Assembly (NCBI GenBank): GCA_963663235.2
Contig: CAXXNO010000011.1
Span: forward strand, 73,202-137,201
Direction: 5' to 3'
Source: Dehalococcoidia bacterium
GTDB taxonomy: Bacteria; Chloroflexota; Dehalococcoidia; Bin125
DNA: 64,000 bases
Shown: positions 47,892 through 57,971 of the stretch, piece after piece
How positions within the stretch are numbered: the first letter of the stretch is position 1
Layout of the letters: each line of letters starts with the position of its first letter
Notes under the pieces: generated by a model
Told to the model about the DNA's origin: nothing
The model's input: only the letters and a program-made list of their open reading frames with translations
Databases searched by the model: none
Translations under genes and position numbers: made by a program

Positions 47892-50240
47892 CTAGGGGGC
47901 GGTCCCGCCCTCCACGAGGAAGACGGTGGCTCGGCCGCCGGGGAGGCCGCCGTCCGCGCCGATGGTGTAGGTCCCCGAAACGCCGGTGGGGGTAAGGGTC
48001 CCCTCGAAGGTCACGAGGATGTTGGCGAAGCCGGCGGCGAAGCCACGGCCCTCCGCGCTGAAGGCGCCGTCCGCCTGGAGCGGCCCGCTCACGGTGACCC
48101 AGGGGTTGGCCCCGGTGAAGGTGACGACGAGGCCGCCGTCCTGAGCCACGGCGACCTCCGCGGCGGCCGCGGCGGGACCGCCGGTCACGTCCACGTCGAT
48201 CGTAGCGGGGTGGTTGGAAGCATCGATGCAGCAACCGTGCGGGTTGCTCTCCTCTTGGTAGACGACAAACATCTCCGCCGTGAAGCCGGGCCCGATGAGG
48301 CTCACCTCCTCGACGCGGCCCATGCGGGTGACGATCAGGATGGTGGCCGTGCCTTCATCGGTCTCGACCGAGACGACATGCTCGCCGTCCGGGATCCCCT
48401 CCGCGATCTGGACGCCGATCCCGGTGTCGCTCAGGAAGACGACGGGCGCCGGTTCCCCGTTGATGAACACCATGGCGCCGGCCATCGCCTCGCCGGTGAG
48501 GACCAGGACGTTGTCGTCGGTGAAGTCGGTCGAGCCGACGCGGGGTGGGAGCGGTGAGGTGTCGGGGTAGGGAATCGGGTTGAAGTTGCCGGCCTCGTTC
48601 TCGAACAGGAGGCTGAACGAGCGCACGGGCATGGTGTCCCCAGAGAGGAAGGCGGCGTCAAGGAGCAGGGCGTTCTCGTAGGCGAAGTAGTAGAGGATCA
48701 CGGCGAAGGGGAGGTCGAACTCCTCCGCCCAGGCGCGCATGGCGGCGCGGGCGCGGGCGCTGCCCATCAAGTCGTCCAAGCCGCTCAGGAAGCCGCTGGT
48801 GAACTCGCCCCCCGCGTCGGAGGGGTTGGGGTCAACGGCCGGGTCGATGTCGAAATAGGACTCGCGGGTGTTCGAACTCGTGATCACGATCTGCACGTTG
48901 GAGACGGCGTTGAGCGCGCCAAGGAAGTTGCCGCTGAAGCAGGCATCGATGATGACCTTGAAGGTCTTGGTGGGCAGCCGGCGGATCTCGGCCGCGAGCC
49001 TGTCGGCCGTGAGCACGGTGCCGCCCAGGGTCACGTACACGGCGGCGGAGCCGTCGGCCCACTCGTCGCCGCCGTGCGTGGTGATATAGATGGTGATGTC
49101 GCGGCAGTTGGGGTCGTCGGCCAGGAGGCGGAGCCGCTGGATGAGCGCGCCAACGCCGTTGACGTCCGGGTTGACGCCCTCGCCCATCGTCTCGATGCGC
49201 TCGTAGCCCTGCCGCAGCCCGAACACGCGCCAGTCGAAGGCGTCGCGGACGAAGTCGTTGCGTCCGATTTCGCCGTCCAGCCAACCATTGATGATCAGCA
49301 GGCACTCGCCGTCCCCCACGGCGGGGGGGATGGTGGGGCCGGAGGCTTGGCTCGCGTGGAGCCCGGCCGCCGCCGTGTCGACGGCTTCGACCGGCGGGAG
49401 CTCCGCCGCCAGCGTCTCAACGTCGGGCAGGGCGTGGACCCAGTTGGCGGGGTCGCGGTACTCGTCCTCGTCGGTGAAGAGGTCGACGCCGTTCAGCTCG
49501 GGCCACCACTGCTCGTCCGCGGTCGTGACGTCGCCGGACACCGCATCGACCAGGACGAAGCGGGTGTCGTGCGCGAAGCGCGCGCCGGGTGCGTCGTCGA
49601 TCCAGTAGAAGTAGCTGATCGCGGCGGCGGTGAGGCCGCCGAGATCGGCGACCGAGCCGTCGGGCAGGAAGCGGATCCCCGGGAGCACGCGGTCGCCCTC
49701 CCGCAGCAGATCGGGATGCCGGAAGAGGAGAAGGCGCTGGTCCTCGGTGGCCGGCTGCACCACTTCGTCGATCACGATCTGGTCGGCTTCGGCGGGGGTT
49801 AGCCCACCGGCGGGAAGCTCGGGAGGTTCCGGGAGATCCGGGAGCGCGGGCCCGCCGATGGGGATCTCCTGGGCCTCCTCGGAAACGACCCAGAGGACCG
49901 CGCCTTCCGCGATCGAGAAGTTGGTTACGCCCAGAAGGGGAACGAACGATATCCAGGCGATCGCGGTGGGGTCGAAGAGCCAGGCGATCTTGACGGAGGC
50001 GAAGACGTCGGCGGCGTTGGCCGGGGCGAAGGTCCAGAAGACGAACTGGCCGCCGGCGTCCAGCGAGAGGGTGCCGTCGCTCGAAGCCTGAGCGACATCG
50101 ATGGCCGTGCCGTCGTTCTGGCCGCCGGGGGGCTGGTGCGGGGGGGCTTGGGCGGCGCCGGGGGTCGTGGCGGCGAAGATCGCAACGGCCAGCGCCGCGA
50201 CGAGAGCCACCATCCTGAATCGCCTGATGCGTTGCTTCAT
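47892..50240 (-). CDS. Large secreted protein with clan-CD (caspase/legumain-like) peptidase domain
   Basis: Signal peptide; YITTHGG and VIIDACFSG His/Cys dyad motifs; N-terminal module shared with the neighbouring gene; Ig-like C-terminal region. Confidence 0.78.
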   Translation of the reverse strand: MKQRIRRFRMVALVAALAVAIFAATTPGAAQAPPHQPPGGQNDGTAIDVAQASSDGTLSLDAGGQFVFWTFAPANAADVFASVKIAWLFDPTAIAWISFVPLLGVTNFSIAEGAVLWVVSEEAQEIPIGGPALPDLPEPPELPAGGLTPAEADQIVIDEVVQPATEDQRLLLFRHPDLLREGDRVLPGIRFLPDGSVADLGGLTAAAISYFYWIDDAPGARFAHDTRFVLVDAVSGDVTTADEQWWPELNGVDLFTDEDEYRDPANWVHALPDVETLAAELPPVEAVDTAAAGLHASQASGPTIPPAVGDGECLLIINGWLDGEIGRNDFVRDAFDWRVFGLRQGYERIETMGEGVNPDVNGVGALIQRLRLLADDPNCRDITIYITTHGGDEWADGSAAVYVTLGGTVLTADRLAAEIRRLPTKTFKVIIDACFSGNFLGALNAVSNVQIVITSSNTRESYFDIDPAVDPNPSDAGGEFTSGFLSGLDDLMGSARARAAMRAWAEEFDLPFAVILYYFAYENALLLDAAFLSGDTMPVRSFSLLFENEAGNFNPIPYPDTSPLPPRVGSTDFTDDNVLVLTGEAMAGAMVFINGEPAPVVFLSDTGIGVQIAEGIPDGEHVVSVETDEGTATILIVTRMGRVEEVSLIGPGFTAEMFVVYQEESNPHGCCIDASNHPATIDVDVTGGPAAAAAEVAVAQDGGLVVTFTGANPWVTVSGPLQADGAFSAEGRGFAAGFANILVTFEGTLTPTGVSGTYTIGADGGLPGGRATVFLVEGGTAP

Positions 50241-50341
50241 TACAAGCGCTCCCCACCCTGTTTCGCCCAATCGCGGTAGGTGGGAGGAAGGCTAGCAACG
50301 CTTCGCAAGCGGATCAATCGCGCATGGTACCCGCGAGGGCT

Positions 50342-51043
50342 CTAGGCGATGCTGAGGAAGTAGTCCTCTACCTCGCCAAGGCGGGCGGGGCCGGTGGGGT
50401 CGAGGGCGCTGTAGTTGAGCTCTGGGGCGGCGCCGCCGCCGATGCGGATGTCCTGCGCCGTGTTGGAGACGATCCAGAGCACCGCGCCGTCGATGAGGGT
50501 GAAGTTGACCGTGCCCAGGAGGGGGATGAAGGAGGTCCAGGCGAATGCATCGGGGTCGAAGAGCCAAGCGATCTTGACGGTGGCGAAGACGTCGGCGGCG
50601 ATGTAAGGCCCGAAGTTCCAGAAGACGAACTGGCCGCCGGGGAGCAGCGAGAGGACCGCGCCGCCGGCGCCGACAGAGAGCGAGACTTCGGTCAGATCGC
50701 CGCCGGAGACCGGCCAGGCTGTGGGGGTGGAGACGCCTTCGACAAAGAAGGTCACCTGCGTGGCCTGGCTCATGTCGATCTGGATGCCCCGATCTCCGCC
50801 AGTGATGACGTCGCTCCCGACCAGGACCCCATTCGCGTTGCGCGCCTCGATCAGCGTGCCGTCCGGCGCCGGCTGGCCGTCGATGAGGACGCCGGAGCCG
50901 TTGCTCTCGCTGCCGAAGAACTGGTGCGGGGGGGCTTGGGAGGCGGCGGGCGTCGCGGCGGCGAAGATGGAGACGGCCAGCGCCGCGACGACGGCGGCCG
51001 AGCGCAGACTGGGCCTGAGAATGCACATGGAATGGGTGCTCAT
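50342..51043 (-). CDS. Secreted protein with shared 73-aa module and C-terminal GEVED motif
   Basis: Signal peptide ending QAPPHQ; GGQFVFW..VKIAWLFDP module; ends GPARLGEVEDYFLSIA. Confidence 0.75.
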   Translation of the reverse strand: MSTHSMCILRPSLRSAAVVAALAVSIFAAATPAASQAPPHQFFGSESNGSGVLIDGQPAPDGTLIEARNANGVLVGSDVITGGDRGIQIDMSQATQVTFFVEGVSTPTAWPVSGGDLTEVSLSVGAGGAVLSLLPGGQFVFWNFGPYIAADVFATVKIAWLFDPDAFAWTSFIPLLGTVNFTLIDGAVLWIVSNTAQDIRIGGGAAPELNYSALDPTGPARLGEVEDYFLSIA

Positions 51044-51315
51044 GGGGCGTGCTCCAAGGGGCTCTCGCCGTGCGTCAGAGCGGGCGCGCCCCAGATATGA
51101 ATCGCGGCCGCGACACCAGAGTAGGCCAGTGGCCGCGCGGGAGCATCAGGGAGACGAGCCCCCGCTTGAGGTGGCCGCGCTGATGGCGGAGATCTCGGCG
51201 GGGGGATGCGTCACAGGCCATGTGCGTGGGAGACTATTAACTAAGTGGAAGCGATCTCTGGGCCTGCGGTCCCGGGTCGCGCGCCATACGGGGTGTAGGA
51301 ACGGGCGGCGCCACG

Positions 51316-51594
51316 ATGACTGTCCGCGCACAGGAGCCGGTTTCCATTCGAACGCGCGCGGCGGCGCGGGACGAAGAGGCGGCAGCCGCCCGGGAGCGAA
51401 CGCGAGACAGCGGTCTCGTTGAGGCGGCGCAACGGGCCGTGATGGCGGGGCACCAGGGCGACCAACTCGGCCTCGCTAGGGCGCTGCATGACCTGGAACA
51501 GTCGCTGCGGGCCGGCGTAGATGCGGCGGCTCCGGCCCACGCTTCGCGGGGTTCGGCGGTTGCGATGGTATCGGCGAAGCGACGCTCGATCTGA
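51316..51594 (+). CDS. Hypothetical protein
   Basis: ATG ORF of 92 aa filling the intergenic space; no motif recognised. Confidence 0.45.
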   Translation: MTVRAQEPVSIRTRAAARDEEAAAARERTRDSGLVEAAQRAVMAGHQGDQLGLARALHDLEQSLRAGVDAAAPAHASRGSAVAMVSAKRRSI

Positions 51595-51627
51595 CGTCTC
51601 GTGCCTGCAGCCGCTTACCGCACCCGA

Positions 51628-51936
51628 CTAGGGACGAGCGCTGCCGCCGCCACGTACCCAGCCACCAATCGCGCCTCCCACCACCGCGCCAGCGAGTGCG
51701 GCCACGACGCCGAAGAGGGCGAGGTCGGGCGAGGGTGGCGGCGGCTCGTCGGGCTTGGCGGCGATGAGCCGCAGGACCTCGTCGATTGACTCGATCACGG
51801 CGACGAAGCGCTCGCTCTCATCGACCATCTTGATGCGGGTTCCGCCGCCGGGAACGTCCCGGAATGACGTGATGTGCGAGACGTTGAGGTAGTCCACGGT
51901 GCTGTCGCTGGCGCGGGTGAGGGGAATGAAATCCAT
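51628..51936 (-). CDS. FlbD/SwrD-like small domain with C-terminal TM helix
   Basis: FIPLTR....YLNVSHI......TRIKM.....VIESIDEVLRLI pattern; GGAGG RBS. Confidence 0.5.
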   Translation of the reverse strand: MDFIPLTRASDSTVDYLNVSHITSFRDVPGGGTRIKMVDESERFVAVIESIDEVLRLIAAKPDEPPPPSPDLALFGVVAALAGAVVGGAIGGWVRGGGSARP

Positions 51937-52077
51937 GACGTCCTGCCTCCCAAGAGTGAGGGTATCCCAGTGGGAGTCGCTCCACCGGCGGGAGAGGTCG
52001 TCGGGGGCTTGCGGCGGCTTTTGGGGTTTCCGGCAGGCCAGGCTCGGCATGAGGCGGGGGGTCTCGCGCGACGGGCG

Positions 52078-53991
52078 CTAGTGGCAGTGGTCGGGCGGGG
52101 CGACATCGAGGGCGGGGTTGCGGTCGAAGAAGCCCCAGGGGCGGAGGGCGAAGCCGGCGCGATGCACGGGCATGATCGGCCAGTCCTCCGGCCGCACGAT
52201 GTGGGTGAGGCCGAGGGTGTACCAGAGGACGACGTCCGTGTCGTCCAGGGGGCGGTCGGCCTGGGTCCAGCGGGGGAGGCCGTCGCCGCCGGGATGCTGG
52301 TTGGGGTAGTCGCCGGCGGGGTAGCGCTCGTCCGGGTCGTACGGCGTGACCCAGAGGGAGTGGCGGCCGAAGGCGGCGCGCTTGCCGGCGCTGGAGTCTT
52401 CGCTCGCCATCATGGGCGTGGTCTCACCGGGGATGAGCGTGTAGCCCACGGCGTGGCCCGAACCGTTGCGGCGTGAAGCGTTGACCACCTTCCAGTAGCG
52501 GGCGGAGTACGGGTCGATGTCGCGCTGGGCGGCGCGCTCCGAGGTGAGCTGGACGGCTCGGGAGCGGAAGGCGTTGCCGTAGGGGTTGCGGGCGCGGTCC
52601 GCGACGGGCTCGGAGGACATCTCGTAGACGGAGTTGTCGGGGCCGTCGACGTCCATGTCCAGGCGGAAGCAGAAGAGGTGCTGGTGGTTGGGCGCGGCGA
52701 GGTTGCGGCTGATGACGGTCGCGGTCTCGGGCGCGGCGCCGGTGGCGATGGCCTGGGTGAGGACGACGCCGGTGGTGCGGACTTCCATTTCGATCGAGCC
52801 GTCCTGGTAGAAGAACCAATAGAAGGCGTAGTCGTAGTTGCCGACGGTGGCGATGAAGGAGACGACGAGGCGGCGGCTGCGTCGCACCTCGGAGGTGTTC
52901 TCGAAGATGTCGGCGTGCTTCCAGAGGAGGCCGAAGTCTTCCTCGTGGATGCAGACGGCGTTGGGGTAGGCCTTGGGCTCGCCCTGCTCGTCGCTGAGGA
53001 CGGCGTCCAGGTAGACGATCTCGCCCAGGCAGTCGCAGCCGTGATCCAGGGCGTTGGTGAAGCGGCCGATGGCGGCCTCGCCGCTGTCGAAGAAGGCGCG
53101 CCAGTATTGCCCGGCGCTCGTGCCGGCGTAGGGGACGACCAGCTCGGCCAGGGAAGCGCGGTAGCAGACGGGGCGCAGGCGACCGTTTTCCTGGTAGGCG
53201 ATCTGGTGGAGCACCAGACCCTCGCGGGGGGTCATGCCGATGTGCATGCGCCAGTTCTGCCATCTCAGCTCGTGGCCCACGATCTCGAAGCTCACACCGT
53301 CGGGCTGGGTGATCTCCAGCGGCTTGAGGCCGGTGCGGATGGGGCCGACGGAGTCGACGTCGAAGCGGCAGGTCTCCTCGGGGATGGGGGCGCCGTCGGC
53401 TTCGTCGACGATGTGCAGGATCTCGCCGGACTGCACGTCGAGGAGAGCGACGAGGCCCTCAAGGGGCTGCGCCCAGGGGTAGTCCGCCTTGTGCGGCTTG
53501 CGGTAGGCGAGGACGCGCATGAGGCGCCGGCCGTCGTGCTCGGGCAGGCCGAGGGCGCCGGCGGGCTGGGGCTCGACGTAGACGGTGTCGAGGTCGTCGA
53601 TGCCGCGGCGGCGGACGGCGGCCTGCCACTCCTTGTTCGAGCGGACGGCGTTGATGGCGTCGGCGAACTCCTCGAAGAGGAAGTAGGGCTGGACGTCCGG
53701 CTTGTGCGTCCAGGAGCGGAGGGCGCCGGCGGTGAGGTCGACGACGGCCTCGTGGGTGCGGCCGGAGTCGCGGTCGAGGACGATGGCGAAGGCCTCGCGG
53801 GGGATGGCCGCGTTCGATTTGCCGTCCAGCACCGCAGCCTTGGGCGGCTCGCGCAGCTCAATGGTGACGAAGCGGGCGCGGGGCCCGAGCGGTTGGGCGT
53901 CGCGGACGATGCGGGCGGCGTGGGTGATCTCGTCGGCGGTGAGGGGGTCGAGGGGGTGGGTGATTGTGGTGCGTGCTGCGGTGGTAGTCAT
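52078..53991 (-). CDS. Copper/TPQ primary-amine oxidase
   Basis: HPLDPLT, CDCLG, TVGNYDY (TPQ site), HQH and THIVRPEDWP copper ligands. Confidence 0.96.
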   Translation of the reverse strand: MTTTAARTTITHPLDPLTADEITHAARIVRDAQPLGPRARFVTIELREPPKAAVLDGKSNAAIPREAFAIVLDRDSGRTHEAVVDLTAGALRSWTHKPDVQPYFLFEEFADAINAVRSNKEWQAAVRRRGIDDLDTVYVEPQPAGALGLPEHDGRRLMRVLAYRKPHKADYPWAQPLEGLVALLDVQSGEILHIVDEADGAPIPEETCRFDVDSVGPIRTGLKPLEITQPDGVSFEIVGHELRWQNWRMHIGMTPREGLVLHQIAYQENGRLRPVCYRASLAELVVPYAGTSAGQYWRAFFDSGEAAIGRFTNALDHGCDCLGEIVYLDAVLSDEQGEPKAYPNAVCIHEEDFGLLWKHADIFENTSEVRRSRRLVVSFIATVGNYDYAFYWFFYQDGSIEMEVRTTGVVLTQAIATGAAPETATVISRNLAAPNHQHLFCFRLDMDVDGPDNSVYEMSSEPVADRARNPYGNAFRSRAVQLTSERAAQRDIDPYSARYWKVVNASRRNGSGHAVGYTLIPGETTPMMASEDSSAGKRAAFGRHSLWVTPYDPDERYPAGDYPNQHPGGDGLPRWTQADRPLDDTDVVLWYTLGLTHIVRPEDWPIMPVHRAGFALRPWGFFDRNPALDVAPPDHCH

Positions 53992-54190
53992 GGGGGGGTC
54001 TCCCGTCGGGGGGATAGTAGCGGTTGGGGAGGGACTTGTTCCGTCGCTGGTTGGTTGGCCGGTTACTGGGTAGCGGCGCCACGCTCGACATGACGATGGG
54101 CGTTTATGCGCACCGGGTCTCGGCTGGACTCGGACGTTAGGATGTGACCGGATAGGCAGGCTCTCGTGGCTTTCCGACCGGTTCGCATCC

Positions 54191-55442
54191 TGACCTGCCC
54201 CCGATCGTTGTACCAGTCGTTAAGTCGTTAAGTGAGTCCGATCGCCGGGACGAGCGTCATGGGACGTTCCCGGGGTTGCTGCGTTTCCGGGGCGGGGGGG
54301 CGGTAGCCGAGGGCACGGTGGGGGCGGATCGGGTTGTCCTCCCGCCGCCAGCCCTCGATGAGGATCTGGGCTTCCAGCAGGGTGTCGAAGCGCTCGCGAT
54401 TGAGGCACGCGTCGCGCAGCTTGCCGTTGAACGATTCCCCAGAGCCGTTCGCCCAAGGCCTGCCCGGTTCGATGAAGCGGGTCGTGCCCCCGACCCGGTG
54501 CAGCCAGTCCCGCACCGCGGTGGCGGTGCACGCCGGGCCGTTGGCGGACCGCAGAAACGGCGGCGGCCCGCGCTCGACGAACAGCTGGGCCAACCGCGCC
54601 AGGCCGACGTCGCGGCGCCGTCGGCGGGCGACGTCGAGACGCAGGCCCTCGCGGGTGGTCCTCATCCACGATGGCGAGGATCCGCACCGGGCGCCCCTCG
54701 GCGGTGCGGTCGAAGACGAAGGCGTCGGACCAGACGTGGGACGGCCGCTCGGCCCGCCGCCGCACCAGCGAGCCGGCCGCGAGCCAGCGGCGGCCCCGTT
54801 GGGGGTGCTTCCCGGGGACCCGCCAGCCTTCCTGACGCCAGCGCCGCTCGACCCGCTTGGGGTTCACCCGCCAGCCCGCCTGGCGCAGCCGGGCCGGGAT
54901 GCGACGGGAGCCGTAGCGGCCGCAGCGGGTGGCCAGCGCGACGCTGCGCGCGATCAGCGCCGGCGCATCCGGGGACGGCCGGGGCACGTCGCGCTGGGTC
55001 GCCCGCGCCTGGCCGGTGACCGGGCAGGCCCGCCGCTCCGCCACCGCGTACGGGTCCGTGCGGTAGGATGTCGCCCGGCGCCGCTTGGCCGGGCTCAGAA
55101 GTTTCCCGCTGCGACGTCCCGCACCATCGCGTTGGCCGTAGCGCCTGATCGGCCACCACCCGCTTCAGCCGACTGTTCTCGCGCTCCCGTTCTTTCAGCC
55201 GCTTGGCCTGGTCGACCCGCAGCCCCCCGTCCTCCCGCCGCCCGCGGTAATACGTTGGCTCGGCCACGCCGAGGCGGCGCGCGACCGGCGCGACCGATTC
55301 CCCCTGCGCGAGCACCACCTCCGCCTCCCGCAGTTTGCCGATGATCTCCTCGGCCGCGTACCGCTTGCGTGCCATGCCGACTCCCTTCGCACCGGCCCGA
55401 ATCCTCGCACAGGATCTGGACCGGTTCTGGGGGGGCAGGTCA
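54191..55442 (-). mobile_element. Degenerate IS3-family element, copy 2, 1252 bp, inverted relative to copy 1
   Basis: Same termini and near-identical sequence to 37762-39005; extra 8-bp tandem duplication TCGTTAAG near the right end; no target duplication seen. Confidence 0.95.
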
Positions 55443-55444
55443 TC

Positions 55445-56425
55445 TTCTCGGACGACAACGTCCTGGACAAGAACAAAGCCGCGGAGAACGGCACGGATGG
55501 CTTCGTTCTCCGCCGCGCCGACCGGAACACCTTGGAGCGGAACACGGCGCGCGGCAACACAGGGCGGGGCTTCGCTCTTGACCTGAACTCGGACGCCAAC
55601 GTCCTGGTCAAGAACAAAGCCAAGGAGAACGGCTCGGACGGCTTCCTGCTTGAGGGATCGGATGACAACACTCTGGAACGGAACGAGGCGCGGGGCAACG
55701 ACGGGCTCGGCTTCTTTCTTGACGTCTCCAACGACAACGTCCTGGTCAAAAACACGGCGAGGGAGAACGGCCGGCTCGGCTTCTTCCTCTTGGATGCCGA
55801 TCGGAACACCCTGGAGAAGAACAAGGCGCGTGACAACGGCCGCGACGGCTTCGTCCTCGACAAGTCCGACATGAACACCTTGGAGCGGAACGAGGCGCGG
55901 GGTAACGGCGGTGACGGGTTTGAGATCTTCGACAGAGCCAACTTCAACATGCTGGTGCGGAACGAGGCACGAGGCAACGCCGGGCGTGGCTTCGCTCTTG
56001 GCCTCAACTCGGACGACAACGTCCTGGTCAAGAACAAGGCGAGGGAGAACGGCTTGGGTGGCTTCCGTCTGAACCGCTCCGACCGGAACACCCTAGAGAA
56101 GAACGAGGCCACGGAGAACGGCTTGGCGGGCTTCAGGCTTGACGACTCCGGAGACAACACGCTGGAACGGAACACGGCCGAGGAGAACGGTGGAGACGGG
56201 TTCAAGACCGGGGGGGCCTCAAGCCTCAACACCTTCACCGGGAACGCGTCCGAGGAGAACGATGGCTTCGGCTACGCGGACAGCACCACGGATAGCGGAA
56301 CGGCCGGGACGGCCAACACGTACATCGCCAACACCTGCGAGGATAATCGCGCCGGGCCGTCGGACCCGCTCGGCCTGTGCGATGACGATGACGACGATGA
56401 CGATGACGGCGATGATGACGACTAG
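55445..56425 (+). pseudogene. 5'-truncated right-handed parallel beta-helix (NosD-like) repeat protein with poly-Asp tail
   Basis: 22-23-aa repeats SDxNxLxxNxAxxNGxxGFxL begin immediately at the IS end with no start or signal peptide; ends CDDDDDDDDGDDDD. Confidence 0.85.
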
Positions 56426-56567
56426 GGCGTGAACGGCCCGACGGATGGCGCCAGGCGCCGGCGCAATCGCCTGGTCCTCTCGTGCAGCGGCTGCGGATTC
56501 CGGATAGGCGCCTGCGAACACGTACCGCTACGACCGGCACGAAGAAACTGGCGGCTTTGCCTGCGCC

Positions 56568-57535
56568 TCAACCGGGGAACTGGCCGCTCTCTTGCGCTGT
56601 GCCGAGCGGGAAGGGCGACGGTGGGCCGTCGTGGCGTTGATGCGCTCGACGGCTCTCCGAAAAGGAAGGGCGGGCGACGGCATCCCGCCGGAGCGGTCGC
56701 TGAGGCGGCGGCGAGCGGCGGTCGCCCGGCGCCAGGCTGGCCCCGCACTGCGAGCAGTACTTGGCATCCGTCTCGATCCGCGCGCCGCGGTCGATACCGG
56801 CGACCGCTCGTGCTTCTGGCTGGTCGGTTCGGCCCTCCCGCCGGCCACCCATGAGGAGCGTCGCGCCCAGGACGGGGTCGAGACGCTTCGTGTCGTCGTC
56901 CGGGAGCCGGGGCGTCGGGCCCCGGACTAGGCTCTCGCCCTCGGTTGGAACAGCGTCGCGTACATCGGCGACCCGCTGCCCGTAGAGGACGCCCTCAACG
57001 ACGCGCTCGCCTACACGGAATCCGGGTGGGATTGGCGAGCGCCCAGCGAGACGTGGCGGAGCTGGACCAAGCTCCGGTTTTCCCGCCGACCGCTCTTCCG
57101 AACTCGCGCTCTCGACCATCGAGACAGCCTCGACGCGGTCGCGCTCCGGGTCGACGCGGTCGCGCTCCGGGTCGAGACGCTTTGTGTCGTCGTCCGGGAG
57201 CCGGGGCGTCGGGCCCCGGACTAGGCTCTCGCCTTGGCGGGCGCCTAGTCCGGTTCTCCCGCCGACCGCTCCTCCGAACTCGCGCTCGCCGGAGCGGCTT
57301 GCCGAAGGCGCCGGCGGACCGAGGCCTCCAGCGCACGGGAACGCGTGGTGATGTCGCGCGCGTCTCGCGAAGACTCGTCCGAACTCGCGCTCGCGGGAGC
57401 GGCTCGCCGGAGTCGCCGCCACATGGTCTTGAGCGCCCCGCCATCGCGCGCCTCCCGCTCTCGCCGGCGGACCGAGGCCTCGAGGTCATCGAATCGTTGT
57501 CGATAAGCCCGCTCGACTTCTAGCGGTCTGTCCAT
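56568..57535 (-). pseudogene. Frameshifted internally repetitive protein with a zinc-ribbon motif
   Basis: MDRPLEVE...ASASSEERSAGEP joins LGARQGESLVRGPTPRLPDDDTKRLDP after a 1-nt deletion near 57249; DNA repeats at about 56875-56939 and 57168-57233; AKYCSQCGASL. Confidence 0.55.
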
Positions 57536-57720
57536 GGAGCGCTCCGACCAGCTCTGCCGAACGAGTGAGGACACGTCGCGCGCAGGCCGAGCGGTCGCGA
57601 CCCAGCTCGCTGAGGTCCGGGAGTTACCCTCACATACAAGGCGTCGGTGGACGTGGCTTGTGACGGCCGCTGGGACCGGCCGGTCGCGGAAGCGTTTGAT
57701 TGGCTAGTGGCTGGAATGGG

Positions 57721-57897
57721 CTAGGAGGGCGGACGCCAGGGCGCCCTCGGCCCGCAAAGGGGCTGGTCCAGCCACTCGCGGGTCTCCGGATCCCGCAAGC
57801 GGCGGTCATCGAGCGGGCGGAGGCACAGTTGGCACAGGCTGGTCGCGTCGCGTGAGCGCTTCTCCAGGTCGTGAACGGAGTCGTCTCTCACGCTCAC
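57721..57897 (-). CDS. 58-aa Cys-containing small protein
   Basis: GAGGAG RBS, GTG start; MSVRDDSVHDLEKRSRDATSLCQLCLRPLDDRRLRDPETREWLDQPLCGPRAPWRPPS*; shorter than any ORF in the track. Confidence 0.5.
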   Translation of the reverse strand: MSVRDDSVHDLEKRSRDATSLCQLCLRPLDDRRLRDPETREWLDQPLCGPRAPWRPPS

Positions 57898-57971
57898 CGT
57901 TGCGTCTCCTCGTCCCTCTCACTCAGTAGGCTGCGGACCCGGCGTGTCGTGACGCTGGGGGCAGCCCGGGA

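Noticed and set aside
56875-57481. CRISPR-like or attC-like repeat array
   Set aside because: Repeats differ in type and spacing and read as repeated peptides in one coding frame.
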